Position numbers and translations under genes: made by a program. The notes under the pieces are model-generated. The model saw nothing but the letters and a program-made list of their open reading frames with translations. It was not told the origin of the DNA and made no database searches. DNA of 64,000 nt from Bradymonadia bacterium (lineage in GTDB: Bacteria; Myxococcota_A; Bradymonadia; UBA7976; UBA1532), in NCBI GenBank assembly GCA_046290225.1, contig JBKAGE010000034.1:448001-512000 (forward strand). Direction: 5' to 3'. How positions within the stretch are numbered: position 1 is the first letter of the stretch; the number at the start of each line of letters is the position of its first letter. This document shows, in pieces, positions 39,284 to 52,944 of this stretch.

Positions 39284-40795
39284 CTAGTCAGCCCAGGGAT
39301 CGATTGCCGCAGGGGCTGACGCCCGAGGCGGCGCCGACTTGGTGTGACGCATCAAAGCTGCGACGATCTCCGCAGGCAGCCCAGGCACTTCAGGGATCGG
39401 GGTCGGCACCCGAGGCGTTGGTGTAGCCGCAGGCGGCGTAAACGGCTGAGCCTCTGGTTGTGCCCCCCCTACAGCAGCATCTGCCATCACCGAGGGCCCT
39501 GGAGGCGCTGCTCTGGGTGGCTCTGGTGGGGCGACAACAGGCTCAGGTACGGGAAGAGTCTCGGCGTGAGGCATCTGCGATGCAGACTCTGCCTGCACTG
39601 GTTGCACCGTCTGCTCTGGCTCTTGGGGCTCAGATGAGGCCGAGACAGCAGCAGGCCTAAATGGCTGCACCTGCGCCTCGGGCATCTCAGCAACTGGCTC
39701 TGGCTCTGGCACATCGTCGACACTGTCTTCGACCGATGCAGGCGCCTCGGGCTCAGGGTGCGTCACAGAGGCCGCCACCTGGGGCACGATCTGCGCCTCT
39801 GGAGGACGAGTCGGCTCTTGTGGGAGACGGTTGAGGGCCTCACCGAGAGAGATGGGACTCGCCCCTGCGAGCAATGTGTCCACGAGATGACCGATGGCCG
39901 TACAGAACGGCCCGTCTGCTTGACGATCTCGCACCGGGATCATCGCCCTCACCGCTGCGTGCACGGCAGGATCAGGCGGGATCGCCGCGAGCAGATCAGG
40001 CTCGATGTCGAGGTATCGCCGAGACACCAGCGACAGGGCCTTGACCACACGGCGTACAGCGTTCGATCGCGCCTGGTTCACCACGAGGCGAATGTGAGCG
40101 TCCCGCAACACCGCCCGTGCTTCCTCGGCGGCATGGGCATCGAGCTCTTCCAGGGCCGCGATCACTGACTCCATCGAGGACAGACGATCCGGGCCGCGGG
40201 GCAGCAACGCCCGATCGATGACGGAGCCGGCTTCCTGTCCACCACCGAGGGCGAGATAAAGGCGGCGGAACATGACCGACTTCAAGAAGGCGTAGGCGTT
40301 CTGGATTGCCGTAGGCTCAGGACCCGTGACCACCAGGCCTTCGCCAGCGACGTTGAAGAAGTCCAGCGTACTCAGGTGCGTACCTGCACCGAGATCGATG
40401 AGCAGCACGTCCTCGTCGAGCTCGAAGAAGGCCGACATCAGCTTGAAGCGGGCCTCGGTGTTCAGATGCGCGCTCTTGAGCACGCCTCCGGCGCCGCTGA
40501 TGATGCGCAGGCCTTCTACGGGGGTGGACAGCCGCACCTCACCAAGCGTGGCGCAGCGGCCGGAGACAAAGTCGTCGAGGGTCCGCTCGGCGAAGCGCAG
40601 CCCCAGCAGCGTGTGCAGGTTGGCGCCGCCCAAATCAGCGTCGAGCACCGTGACCCGCTGACCTCGAGCGGCGAGCTCCACCGCCACCGAGGAGCAGACC
40701 ACGGACTTCCCCACCCCGCCTTTTCCGCCGCCAAAGGCCCAGACTTGCTTGGTCGGCATCATGGGGCCCTGCATATGGTCAGTGGTAGACATCAC
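39284..40795 (-). CDS. MinD/FlhG-like ATPase with Pro/Glu-rich C-terminal tail
   Basis: Deviant Walker A GGKGGVGKS, DADLGGANLH, IDLGAG, PEPTAIQNAY, VVNQ. Confidence 0.88.
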   Translation of the reverse strand: MMSTTDHMQGPMMPTKQVWAFGGGKGGVGKSVVCSSVAVELAARGQRVTVLDADLGGANLHTLLGLRFAERTLDDFVSGRCATLGEVRLSTPVEGLRIISGAGGVLKSAHLNTEARFKLMSAFFELDEDVLLIDLGAGTHLSTLDFFNVAGEGLVVTGPEPTAIQNAYAFLKSVMFRRLYLALGGGQEAGSVIDRALLPRGPDRLSSMESVIAALEELDAHAAEEARAVLRDAHIRLVVNQARSNAVRRVVKALSLVSRRYLDIEPDLLAAIPPDPAVHAAVRAMIPVRDRQADGPFCTAIGHLVDTLLAGASPISLGEALNRLPQEPTRPPEAQIVPQVAASVTHPEPEAPASVEDSVDDVPEPEPVAEMPEAQVQPFRPAAVSASSEPQEPEQTVQPVQAESASQMPHAETLPVPEPVVAPPEPPRAAPPGPSVMADAAVGGAQPEAQPFTPPAATPTPRVPTPIPEVPGLPAEIVAALMRHTKSAPPRASAPAAIDPWAD

Positions 40796-40831
40796 CCCCG
40801 TTATCGGCGCGCAGCCTTCAGACCGTGAGGC

Positions 40832-42226
40832 TCAATTGGGGGGCGGGGTCCCTGCGTCGGCAGAGCTGGGGGTGCCAGCATCAGTGGCAGGCGGCGCAGC
40901 TCCAGCGTCAGCAGCCTGCTGAGCGGCGAGGCGGCGCATCTGCATCAGCTGCATCTGACTGGTGAGGCGGCCATCTTTTTTCTTCTCCAACAAGGCCTCA
41001 TACATCTTCTTCATGAAGACGTGGGTCTTGTACGCCACCCCCTCCTGGTGGTTCACCAACCAGGGGATCAAAGCGGGATCATCCGTGGTGGACATCGCCC
41101 GTGCGAGGGTGAGCTGATAGTTGAAGCCCCGCACCATGACTGGAGCCTGCCCACCCTGCTGCACCGGGATTTTGATCTTGGGGCACATGGTCTCGGGGCC
41201 CTCGGTGCTCTCCCCTTGCCCCACGGCCTCGAAGGCCTTCATGAGCGGTGCGGCGGCGGAATACACCGTCATCTTCTCGAGGGCTTCCGCTGCGGCACAG
41301 CGTACAGCGAGGCTGGGATGCTCCAGAGCCTGGGCCATGAAGTCCACCAGCTTGCCTTCTTTGAGCTCACCGAGAGCCCAGACCACGGCGAGGCGCACAT
41401 CATCGTCGGCAGCATCTTCGTAGATCTGCCGGAGCCGCTCGATGGCCGGCAGCCGCTTGGCCCCGATCATCAACGCCAGGGCCTGAGGCTCTGCCCGCAC
41501 CACCTCGTCGTGGATCAGGCCCATGGCCGCATCGCGGCCAGCCTCCGGGCCCAGACGGCCGAGGGAGATGAGGGCGAAATATGTGAGAGGACGCCGAGTC
41601 TTTGCCATCTGGGCGAGGGCTTCGGCGGTCTGGGGAATCCGCAGCTCCCCAGCGACGAAGGCCGCCCGCGCTGCCACCCCTTCGTCGGGATCAGCGAGGG
41701 CTTTCACCACCACCTCGGCCACAGCGGGGGTCACGGAGATGTCGAGGTGCTCCGTGAGATTCACGAGACCTTTGCGACGATCAGCGGGATCGTCACTGCG
41801 CATCATGATGACGGCATAGCCCGGGCGCTGAAACTGGGTGAGAAAATTACCCGAGAGCCGATTGGACAGCATCACCAGAGCGCCAGCGCAGGCGAGGAAG
41901 ATCAGCCAGAACCGCCCGCTCACGTCGGGCAACGGGAGTTGCTCCTCGTCCTGGTCGGTGGGATCGAGGCCTTCCTCGCCCAACCGGGCGCCGAAGCCTC
42001 GATAAAACAGGATGTCACCGAGGCCGGTGACCGTTGCCAACGCCGTGAGCACGCCGGTCATCATCCAGATGACCACGAGGCCCAACGCCACCCCAGCGCT
42101 GTCACAATCCGCCAGGATGTATCCGTGGATCAGCCGTGCGAGGACGAAAAATGCAGCGTTGGCGACGAGAACGGTGAGGAGAGCACGAACAGGGTGACCG
42201 AAGAGGGCGCGGAGAAGAGCAGACAC
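40832..42226 (-). CDS. Membrane protein with HEAT repeats
   Basis: Three hydrophobic helices then ALADPDEGVAARAA, VRLAVVWALG, VRCAAAEAL. Confidence 0.8.
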   Translation of the reverse strand: MSALLRALFGHPVRALLTVLVANAAFFVLARLIHGYILADCDSAGVALGLVVIWMMTGVLTALATVTGLGDILFYRGFGARLGEEGLDPTDQDEEQLPLPDVSGRFWLIFLACAGALVMLSNRLSGNFLTQFQRPGYAVIMMRSDDPADRRKGLVNLTEHLDISVTPAVAEVVVKALADPDEGVAARAAFVAGELRIPQTAEALAQMAKTRRPLTYFALISLGRLGPEAGRDAAMGLIHDEVVRAEPQALALMIGAKRLPAIERLRQIYEDAADDDVRLAVVWALGELKEGKLVDFMAQALEHPSLAVRCAAAEALEKMTVYSAAAPLMKAFEAVGQGESTEGPETMCPKIKIPVQQGGQAPVMVRGFNYQLTLARAMSTTDDPALIPWLVNHQEGVAYKTHVFMKKMYEALLEKKKDGRLTSQMQLMQMRRLAAQQAADAGAAPPATDAGTPSSADAGTPPPN

Positions 42227-42241
42227 GGGCCTCCTGAGAAG

Positions 42242-43009
42242 CTAGTCGGAGATGTCTGGCACCTGGGGGAAGTAGAAACCCACACCCAGGGTCAGGGTGA
42301 AGTTGTTGCTTAACTCCTCCTCTGCCTGAGCCGCGGTGGGGCTGCCGTCGGGGTTGGTCCGCCTCACCGCGTTCGGTGCAGAAGAGTAGATGTAGTCTCT
42401 GAACTGCACATTGATGGACCACCAATCATCGACAAAAGTTCTCATGCCGATGCCAACCACGGCCCCAGGCTTGAGCCCTTCGACATCGGAGGCTTCTTCG
42501 AGACTCACCGAAGCACCAGAAACACCCACGATGAGGTGCAGGTCGTAATCGAAGACGTAACGGCCGGCGACGGCATATTTGCCGTACAGCGGGGTGTAGA
42601 TGGCCTCGAAGCTCGCGAGCAACGTGTTGTCGGCGAAGGCCGACTCTTCTACCTGGCGCTGGCTGGTGATCTCGTCACCGAGGCCCGTCGTACCAGAGAA
42701 GCCGGAGAGCGCCGTCACCCCGAGGGCCCAGCGATCGGTCATGTGGTAAGCGAGACGGGCGCCGACGTAGTAGTTCCGTTTGAAGGGGTTGCTCAGCGAG
42801 AAACCGAAGATGGGGGTGGCCTCGAAACGGCCATCGCGGAGCAGACGCCGGCGACGGACGGCCTTGCCCTCTTCGAGCTTTTCAAGAGCGCCCTTTCGAG
42901 CGGCGGAGGCCTCGTTCAAAGGCAACCCCGTAATCACCAGCATTGCGCTGGCAGCGAGGGCACCAGCGAGGGCGTTTACAGGCCTGAGGATTCGAAGGTT
43001 CATGCGCAC
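42242..43009 (-). CDS. Outer-membrane beta-barrel protein (myxobacterial gliding-type barrel family)
   Basis: Signal peptide, GRFEATP, YTPLYGKYA, C-terminal LGVGFYFP. Confidence 0.8.
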   Translation of the reverse strand: MRMNLRILRPVNALAGALAASAMLVITGLPLNEASAARKGALEKLEEGKAVRRRRLLRDGRFEATPIFGFSLSNPFKRNYYVGARLAYHMTDRWALGVTALSGFSGTTGLGDEITSQRQVEESAFADNTLLASFEAIYTPLYGKYAVAGRYVFDYDLHLIVGVSGASVSLEEASDVEGLKPGAVVGIGMRTFVDDWWSINVQFRDYIYSSAPNAVRRTNPDGSPTAAQAEEELSNNFTLTLGVGFYFPQVPDISD

Positions 43010-43016
43010 AGCCTCA

Positions 43017-43856
43017 TCACCTCAGGGTGGTGTACTCGAAGTCGCCGGGCAGGAAGAAGCTGACGCCGGCGGTGAACAGCAGGTTGTTGTACAGCTCGCT
43101 GCTCGATGGGTAGTCCTCGTTGTAAGTGAGGTTGCGCAGCTCGATGTTCACCGTGAAGTAGCGGTTCATGAAGTACCGCTGCCCCACCCCGGCGGTGAGC
43201 ATGGGCTTGCCCCCGAGCTGAGTCTCCAGATACCCGAGGCCGAGGAGCACATAGGTGTCCCAGGGCACGATCCAGGTGTCGAAGAGGGTGAACTTTCCGT
43301 AGATGGGGGCGTACTGGAAGTGCAACCCGGCGAACCACACCAGCTCGGAGACCTCGGCGAACAGCTCGTAGTCTTCGATGACCTTGTCGAACAAGTCGGT
43401 CTCGGAGCCCAGGGAGTAGCCCCCGTTGAGGCCCAGCGAGAGGTCTTCGCTGATGTGATAGTTGAGGCTGGCGCCGGCGACGAAATGGCTCACCAGGGCG
43501 TCATTGACGTTGGTGCCCATGAAAGGGGCCATCTCGACCCGCTCTCGTCGCAGGAACGGGCGATGCTGAATCACCCGAACACGATCGTCTTGTTCAGCCT
43601 CGATGAGCTTCTGCTCTTCAGCAGCGGCGCCGGTGTCGATGACGTCGAAGGTCATCTCACCGCCATCGCTCCCTTGATCACCACCACCGGTGTCGCCTCC
43701 CTCGACCTCGTCGAGGGAAAACTCCATGCCGTCGCCGTCCTGGGCGGCGGCGTTCTGAGCGGTGAACGCGATCAGGAACACAGCGAGCGCCGCCTTGAGG
43801 GGCAGCGTGAGCAGCTTCGACTGCAGTGCACGTGGGCGTGATGTGCCTTGGGACAT
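43017..43856 (-). CDS. Outer-membrane beta-barrel protein, paralog of downstream gene
   Basis: ATG 43856 with GGAGG; VIQHRPFLR...VEMAP, YAPIYGKF, AGVSFFLP. Confidence 0.82.
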   Translation of the reverse strand: MSQGTSRPRALQSKLLTLPLKAALAVFLIAFTAQNAAAQDGDGMEFSLDEVEGGDTGGGDQGSDGGEMTFDVIDTGAAAEEQKLIEAEQDDRVRVIQHRPFLRRERVEMAPFMGTNVNDALVSHFVAGASLNYHISEDLSLGLNGGYSLGSETDLFDKVIEDYELFAEVSELVWFAGLHFQYAPIYGKFTLFDTWIVPWDTYVLLGLGYLETQLGGKPMLTAGVGQRYFMNRYFTVNIELRNLTYNEDYPSSSELYNNLLFTAGVSFFLPGDFEYTTLR

Positions 43857-43966
43857 GTCCTCCCCGGGGGTTACGGTACGGAGGTTTGTTTGGCGTATAG
43901 CACGGCCTCTGAGGACGAACAAGGCGAGGCGTCCGCTCGAGTGGCCGATGCCCCAGAAATCCCTCA

Positions 43967-45202
<1,236 letters not shown>

Positions 45203-45229
45203 GCTCTCTCCTTCCTCTACCGGCGCCGA

Positions 45230-48775
<3,546 letters not shown>

Positions 48776-48955
48776 GAGGTGACGGGGCGTTCGAGGGTCA
48801 GTGTCGGACCGACGGCTATTAACGCAGGACGCCGCTCAGAGCAATCAATCGGTGATTCTCGAAAAAACGTCGCCGCCCGGGGCTATCCCCACTGAGGCTG
48901 TGCGCCTGGCCCAACCTACTTGCCGCCCCACCACCAGTGCGTTAGCACTGCCCTC

Positions 48956-50806
48956 ATGAAAGATGCATTTGACGCAGTCGGCGCTGACGACGACATCAAG
49001 ATCAAGCGCCCCGCCCGCTGGCCCTGGCTCATCCTCCTCGCTGCCCTCGTGGGGGGCGGTGGTTACTACGGCTGGCAGCTGTCTCAAGCCCCCGAGCCGC
49101 TCAAGGTGCTCCTGGCCTTCGACGTCGAGGGGTACTGGTGGGAGGGCAGCACCGCAGCCGCCCGGATGACCGACGATGTCGCCGACACGCTCGCAGATCT
49201 GGGTTTTGACCCTGTGCGTGCAGGTACCCCGGAGGTCACCGAGATTTTGGAGGATGCGGAGAGCGTGCTCGCTGCGGCGAAAACCCTGAAGGCTGCCTTT
49301 GTGGTGAGTGGTCGATTCCCGCCGCAGGTCAACGAGCTGCCTGTGGCTGACGGCTACTTCGAGGTGCGGGGCATCGGTGATGTGCTGTTGCAGCATCAGA
49401 CCGACGACGCCCCTCAGGCCACGCTCCCCATCACCACATGGGCTGGGGCCACAGACAAGGACCGGGCCCTCAAATCTCTGGGCTCCAGCCTCGCCACGAA
49501 GACCTCGCCGCCGCTGGTGACCGCGCTGCTCAAGCACCCTACCCTACGGCCACTTCTGCAGAACAAGGCCACCGGGGGTGACGTCAACCTTCTGGCCAAG
49601 CTGGAGCCTGCCCGCAGCTACATGGGGGCCCGCAATCGCGCCCTCGACGAGGGCACCAAGGCCTACATCGCTCTGGGCAAACGACGGGACAAGGCCGAGA
49701 AGGGCCCCGTGCCGGTGAAACGCCACGCCAACATGTCCGCCGACGACGGCCTCGCAGGGACTGGGCCGCTGGGTCACCTTGTGAAGACGGAGCCGGAGTC
49801 ACTGTACGTGTCGATCTCCAGCAAGAAGCTCTACCGCCTCGAAGGCCTCGAGACGCTCGAGTGGCGCCCGGACGAGGGCGAAGCAAAGATCTTGTGGTCG
49901 GGATACAACGTGTACTCCTACCCTTCTGTGTCTTTGGGCGGCGACACGGTCATGCTGGTGGAGGATCTCTACGGTTGGGCCAAAGCCCTCACCCTCATCG
50001 ATGCCGAGGGCAAGAGCGAGCGCCTGCGCATCGACCCTGATCAGCGATACACCAGCCCCCAAGCTTCGCCCAAGGGCACCTACGCCGCCTTCTATGTGCG
50101 AGATTGTTACAAAACCTCGGAGTGCCCCACCCGTCTCGAGGCGCTGCGGGTGAGCGACGGCGAGGGCCTGATCTCCATCGAGCACGACGAGGGCAACTTC
50201 GAGGGCCGGGCTTTCGCCGACGACAAGACTCTGCTCTTCATGCACCGCTCGCGGAAGGCCACCCAGACCGCCATCATCGAGGGCGGAGGCACGGGAAGCG
50301 TCGATGGGCTCGAGGGTGGCTTGGAGCAGCCCGCCGACACCCTGTGGAAGGTGGATCTCAGCGCCTCGAAGCCCACCCCCGAGGTGCTCTGGACTGCGCC
50401 GAGCGCCTCCATGCGCACTGGCTGGCTCACCACGAGCGCCGATGGCAAGTGGGCCGCCTTCTCGGTCACCAGCCCGAGCGACGGCATCGGCCTCGTCGAT
50501 CTGAGCACTGGGGAGATGATCCTGCGACCGGTCACCGGCGCTCCGAGCGCCCCACGGTTCTCTCACGACAGCACCCGCATCACCTTCAACGCCGTACCCC
50601 CAGCGGAGCGGGACGAAGAGGTCTACGTCATGCCAGTGAGTGCCGGACCCGCGGTTCGGCTCACCGACAACTCGTTCCGAGATCGGTACCCCCACTTCGG
50701 CGCTGACGGCAGCCGCATCTACTTCGAGAGCCTCGATCGAGACCCCAATTTCCGACGCCGTGGGGTCTCGGTGATCAGCTCGGTGCCGTCCACGGTGAGC
50801 CAGTGA
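48956..50806 (+). CDS. Membrane-anchored TolB-like beta-propeller protein
   Basis: N-terminal TM; PD40-like repeats PQASPKG, PRFSHDS, PHFGADGSRIYF. Confidence 0.75.
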   Translation: MKDAFDAVGADDDIKIKRPARWPWLILLAALVGGGGYYGWQLSQAPEPLKVLLAFDVEGYWWEGSTAAARMTDDVADTLADLGFDPVRAGTPEVTEILEDAESVLAAAKTLKAAFVVSGRFPPQVNELPVADGYFEVRGIGDVLLQHQTDDAPQATLPITTWAGATDKDRALKSLGSSLATKTSPPLVTALLKHPTLRPLLQNKATGGDVNLLAKLEPARSYMGARNRALDEGTKAYIALGKRRDKAEKGPVPVKRHANMSADDGLAGTGPLGHLVKTEPESLYVSISSKKLYRLEGLETLEWRPDEGEAKILWSGYNVYSYPSVSLGGDTVMLVEDLYGWAKALTLIDAEGKSERLRIDPDQRYTSPQASPKGTYAAFYVRDCYKTSECPTRLEALRVSDGEGLISIEHDEGNFEGRAFADDKTLLFMHRSRKATQTAIIEGGGTGSVDGLEGGLEQPADTLWKVDLSASKPTPEVLWTAPSASMRTGWLTTSADGKWAAFSVTSPSDGIGLVDLSTGEMILRPVTGAPSAPRFSHDSTRITFNAVPPAERDEEVYVMPVSAGPAVRLTDNSFRDRYPHFGADGSRIYFESLDRDPNFRRRGVSVISSVPSTVSQ

Positions 50807-52935
50807 GCGCACCGGAGCCCAACGCCCCGGACACTGATGGGGAGATCGACGCCTTCGATCCTGCGGCGTTGAGGCTGCGCAGCCGTACCCGCTGGGGCGC
50901 CGCCCTCATCGCCCTGGCCACCCTGCTGCCCTACGAGATCATCGACGGCCAGCCGCAGTTCCCATGGCACCTCATGGGCGAGCTGCACCCCGCAGGGCTG
51001 GTGGCCTACCTCGCCCCCTTCGTGGCGGGTCTGGTGATCCTGGTGGCTTCGCTCAAGATGCGCTCCGTCCTTGGGCTCGCCCTTACATCGTTGACCGCCC
51101 TCGGAAGCGCGGCGATTTGCATCCGTCTCGGCGCCCATGTCAGCGAGTGGGACGTCATGCCGCTGCCTGAGGTCCTGGCACAGCGGCCCACGGCCTCGGT
51201 GCTCGCCCTGGCCCTCGTCGCAGCAGGATCCAACCTCTGCTTTCGAGAGAAGACCCGGCAGGTGGGCAAGGCGCTGCTCGTGGGCGCCCTTGTGGTGGCG
51301 GTGCTTTTCTATGCCTGGCCAGATCAGGGCCAGACCCCCATCGAAGCCATCGCCGGCGCCATGGACACCATGATGACCCTGCCTGACTGGCGTATGCGGT
51401 TGGGCTCTCTGGTGCTGGCCACCCTGGTGCTGTGGCCGGGCATCGTAGCGTTGGTGGGTCTGTACCCCATGAACTTCCCACCGAAGGACGATCATCCCGT
51501 GGTGGGCCTCGTGGCGCTGTACGGCTACCCGTTGCTCCTCGGCATGTTCGTGTTCCGTACCCTGGTGGCCTTGCCTGATCCCTGGGCGGTCTACAACGGC
51601 GTCGGTGGGGTGGTGGTCATGGTGGGCCTGCTGGTGGTCCTCACCTCCTCCATCGAGGTCATCGCAGACCATGGCTTCTCTCGACCGAGCTTTCTCAAGA
51701 CGCCGAAGGTGCCCTTCGCCATCGCCGGTGGCGTGCTGGTGGTGGTCACCGTGATTCAGGGTGTTCTGGCCCAACCCCCGGAGAAGGGCGTGGACTGGAC
51801 GCTCAAGCCTCCCTCGCCTGAAGGCGACGCGCTGTTCCGGGACGCGCTGCCGGAGTGGAGCTTCGCCCGGCTGCGCTGGGATCGTCGAGTGCGAGATCAC
51901 AGCAGTGCCCAGGCGACCGTACAGCTGAAAGCCGCAGCGCGTAATGTGAAGGAGGCTGCCCGAGCCCTCAGCCCGGAGATCGGCGAGGCCTTTACCGCCC
52001 TCGCCCGAGAGGCCCGACAGCTCGATCTCGCCGGGCGTCGCTGGTATCGCCTGATCGCCGATCTCAACGCCACCCTTCAGCGGTCAGGGCAGCCGTACTA
52101 TCTCGATCCCACGGTGCGCATCTACAAGTCTGCCGGCGGCCTCAAGCGTCACTTCAGGGTCCGCAGCTATCGTGTCCAGAAAGTCAGGCGGTTCGAGCTG
52201 GCCAGCGATCCCGGCGGCGCTCAATATGCAGCGCTCCGGGTGACGCGCATCGACACCTCGCGGGGGGCGGACACGCGGTTGGGGTTCTCCCGAGATCTGC
52301 AACCCTTCGCCCTGGTCATCGAAGATGAGGTCGAAGACTTCCGCACCGCTCTGCTCGAGGGGCTCGACAGCGAGCCGCCCATCTGCGGCACTGAGCTTGA
52401 GCTGAGCAGCCACCCGGCGATGATGGCCTGTGGGGATCTGCTCACCACCCTCGCCGGGCCCGATGGCATGGCCGCCGAGACCCTGTCGAAGATGATCGTG
52501 GCCACCACTGAGCGCCATGAGATCCAGCATCAGATCGACGGTCCCCATCTGCCCCTCTCCAGGGCGGTGATCGATCACATGACCCGCTATGGCGAAAAGA
52601 CCCAGCGCCGCGTGAACCGTGAGCTGTCGGCCTATCTCGCCGAGCTGACCACCAGCGAGGCCTCCCCGAAGGTGGGTCTCGTCCACCTGACCCGCTTCGC
52701 CGCCTCTCCGAGGTTCGGCGCCGAGCATCACGTGGCGCTGCTGGCCCTCGAGGCCATGAGCGGCAAACACACCACTGATGCCCTGGGCGACGCCTCACCC
52801 ACGGGGGTCACCGAAGCTTTTCGCACGCTCTCAGCCCTGGACGACGCGGCCTTGCGGGTCCTGGCCGCCGAGGCCTGGGGCGAGCTCTTCGACGCAGAAC
52901 TGCCCCGCCTCGTCCCCCTCGATCCACAGCGCTGA
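50803..52935 (+). CDS. Polytopic membrane protein with C-terminal HExxH domain
   Basis: About ten hydrophobic helices, then HEIQH and NRELSAYLAEL; start overlaps upstream stop. Confidence 0.75.
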   Translation: MSAPEPNAPDTDGEIDAFDPAALRLRSRTRWGAALIALATLLPYEIIDGQPQFPWHLMGELHPAGLVAYLAPFVAGLVILVASLKMRSVLGLALTSLTALGSAAICIRLGAHVSEWDVMPLPEVLAQRPTASVLALALVAAGSNLCFREKTRQVGKALLVGALVVAVLFYAWPDQGQTPIEAIAGAMDTMMTLPDWRMRLGSLVLATLVLWPGIVALVGLYPMNFPPKDDHPVVGLVALYGYPLLLGMFVFRTLVALPDPWAVYNGVGGVVVMVGLLVVLTSSIEVIADHGFSRPSFLKTPKVPFAIAGGVLVVVTVIQGVLAQPPEKGVDWTLKPPSPEGDALFRDALPEWSFARLRWDRRVRDHSSAQATVQLKAAARNVKEAARALSPEIGEAFTALAREARQLDLAGRRWYRLIADLNATLQRSGQPYYLDPTVRIYKSAGGLKRHFRVRSYRVQKVRRFELASDPGGAQYAALRVTRIDTSRGADTRLGFSRDLQPFALVIEDEVEDFRTALLEGLDSEPPICGTELELSSHPAMMACGDLLTTLAGPDGMAAETLSKMIVATTERHEIQHQIDGPHLPLSRAVIDHMTRYGEKTQRRVNRELSAYLAELTTSEASPKVGLVHLTRFAASPRFGAEHHVALLALEAMSGKHTTDALGDASPTGVTEAFRTLSALDDAALRVLAAEAWGELFDAELPRLVPLDPQR

Positions 52936-52944
52936 GGGCAGCCG

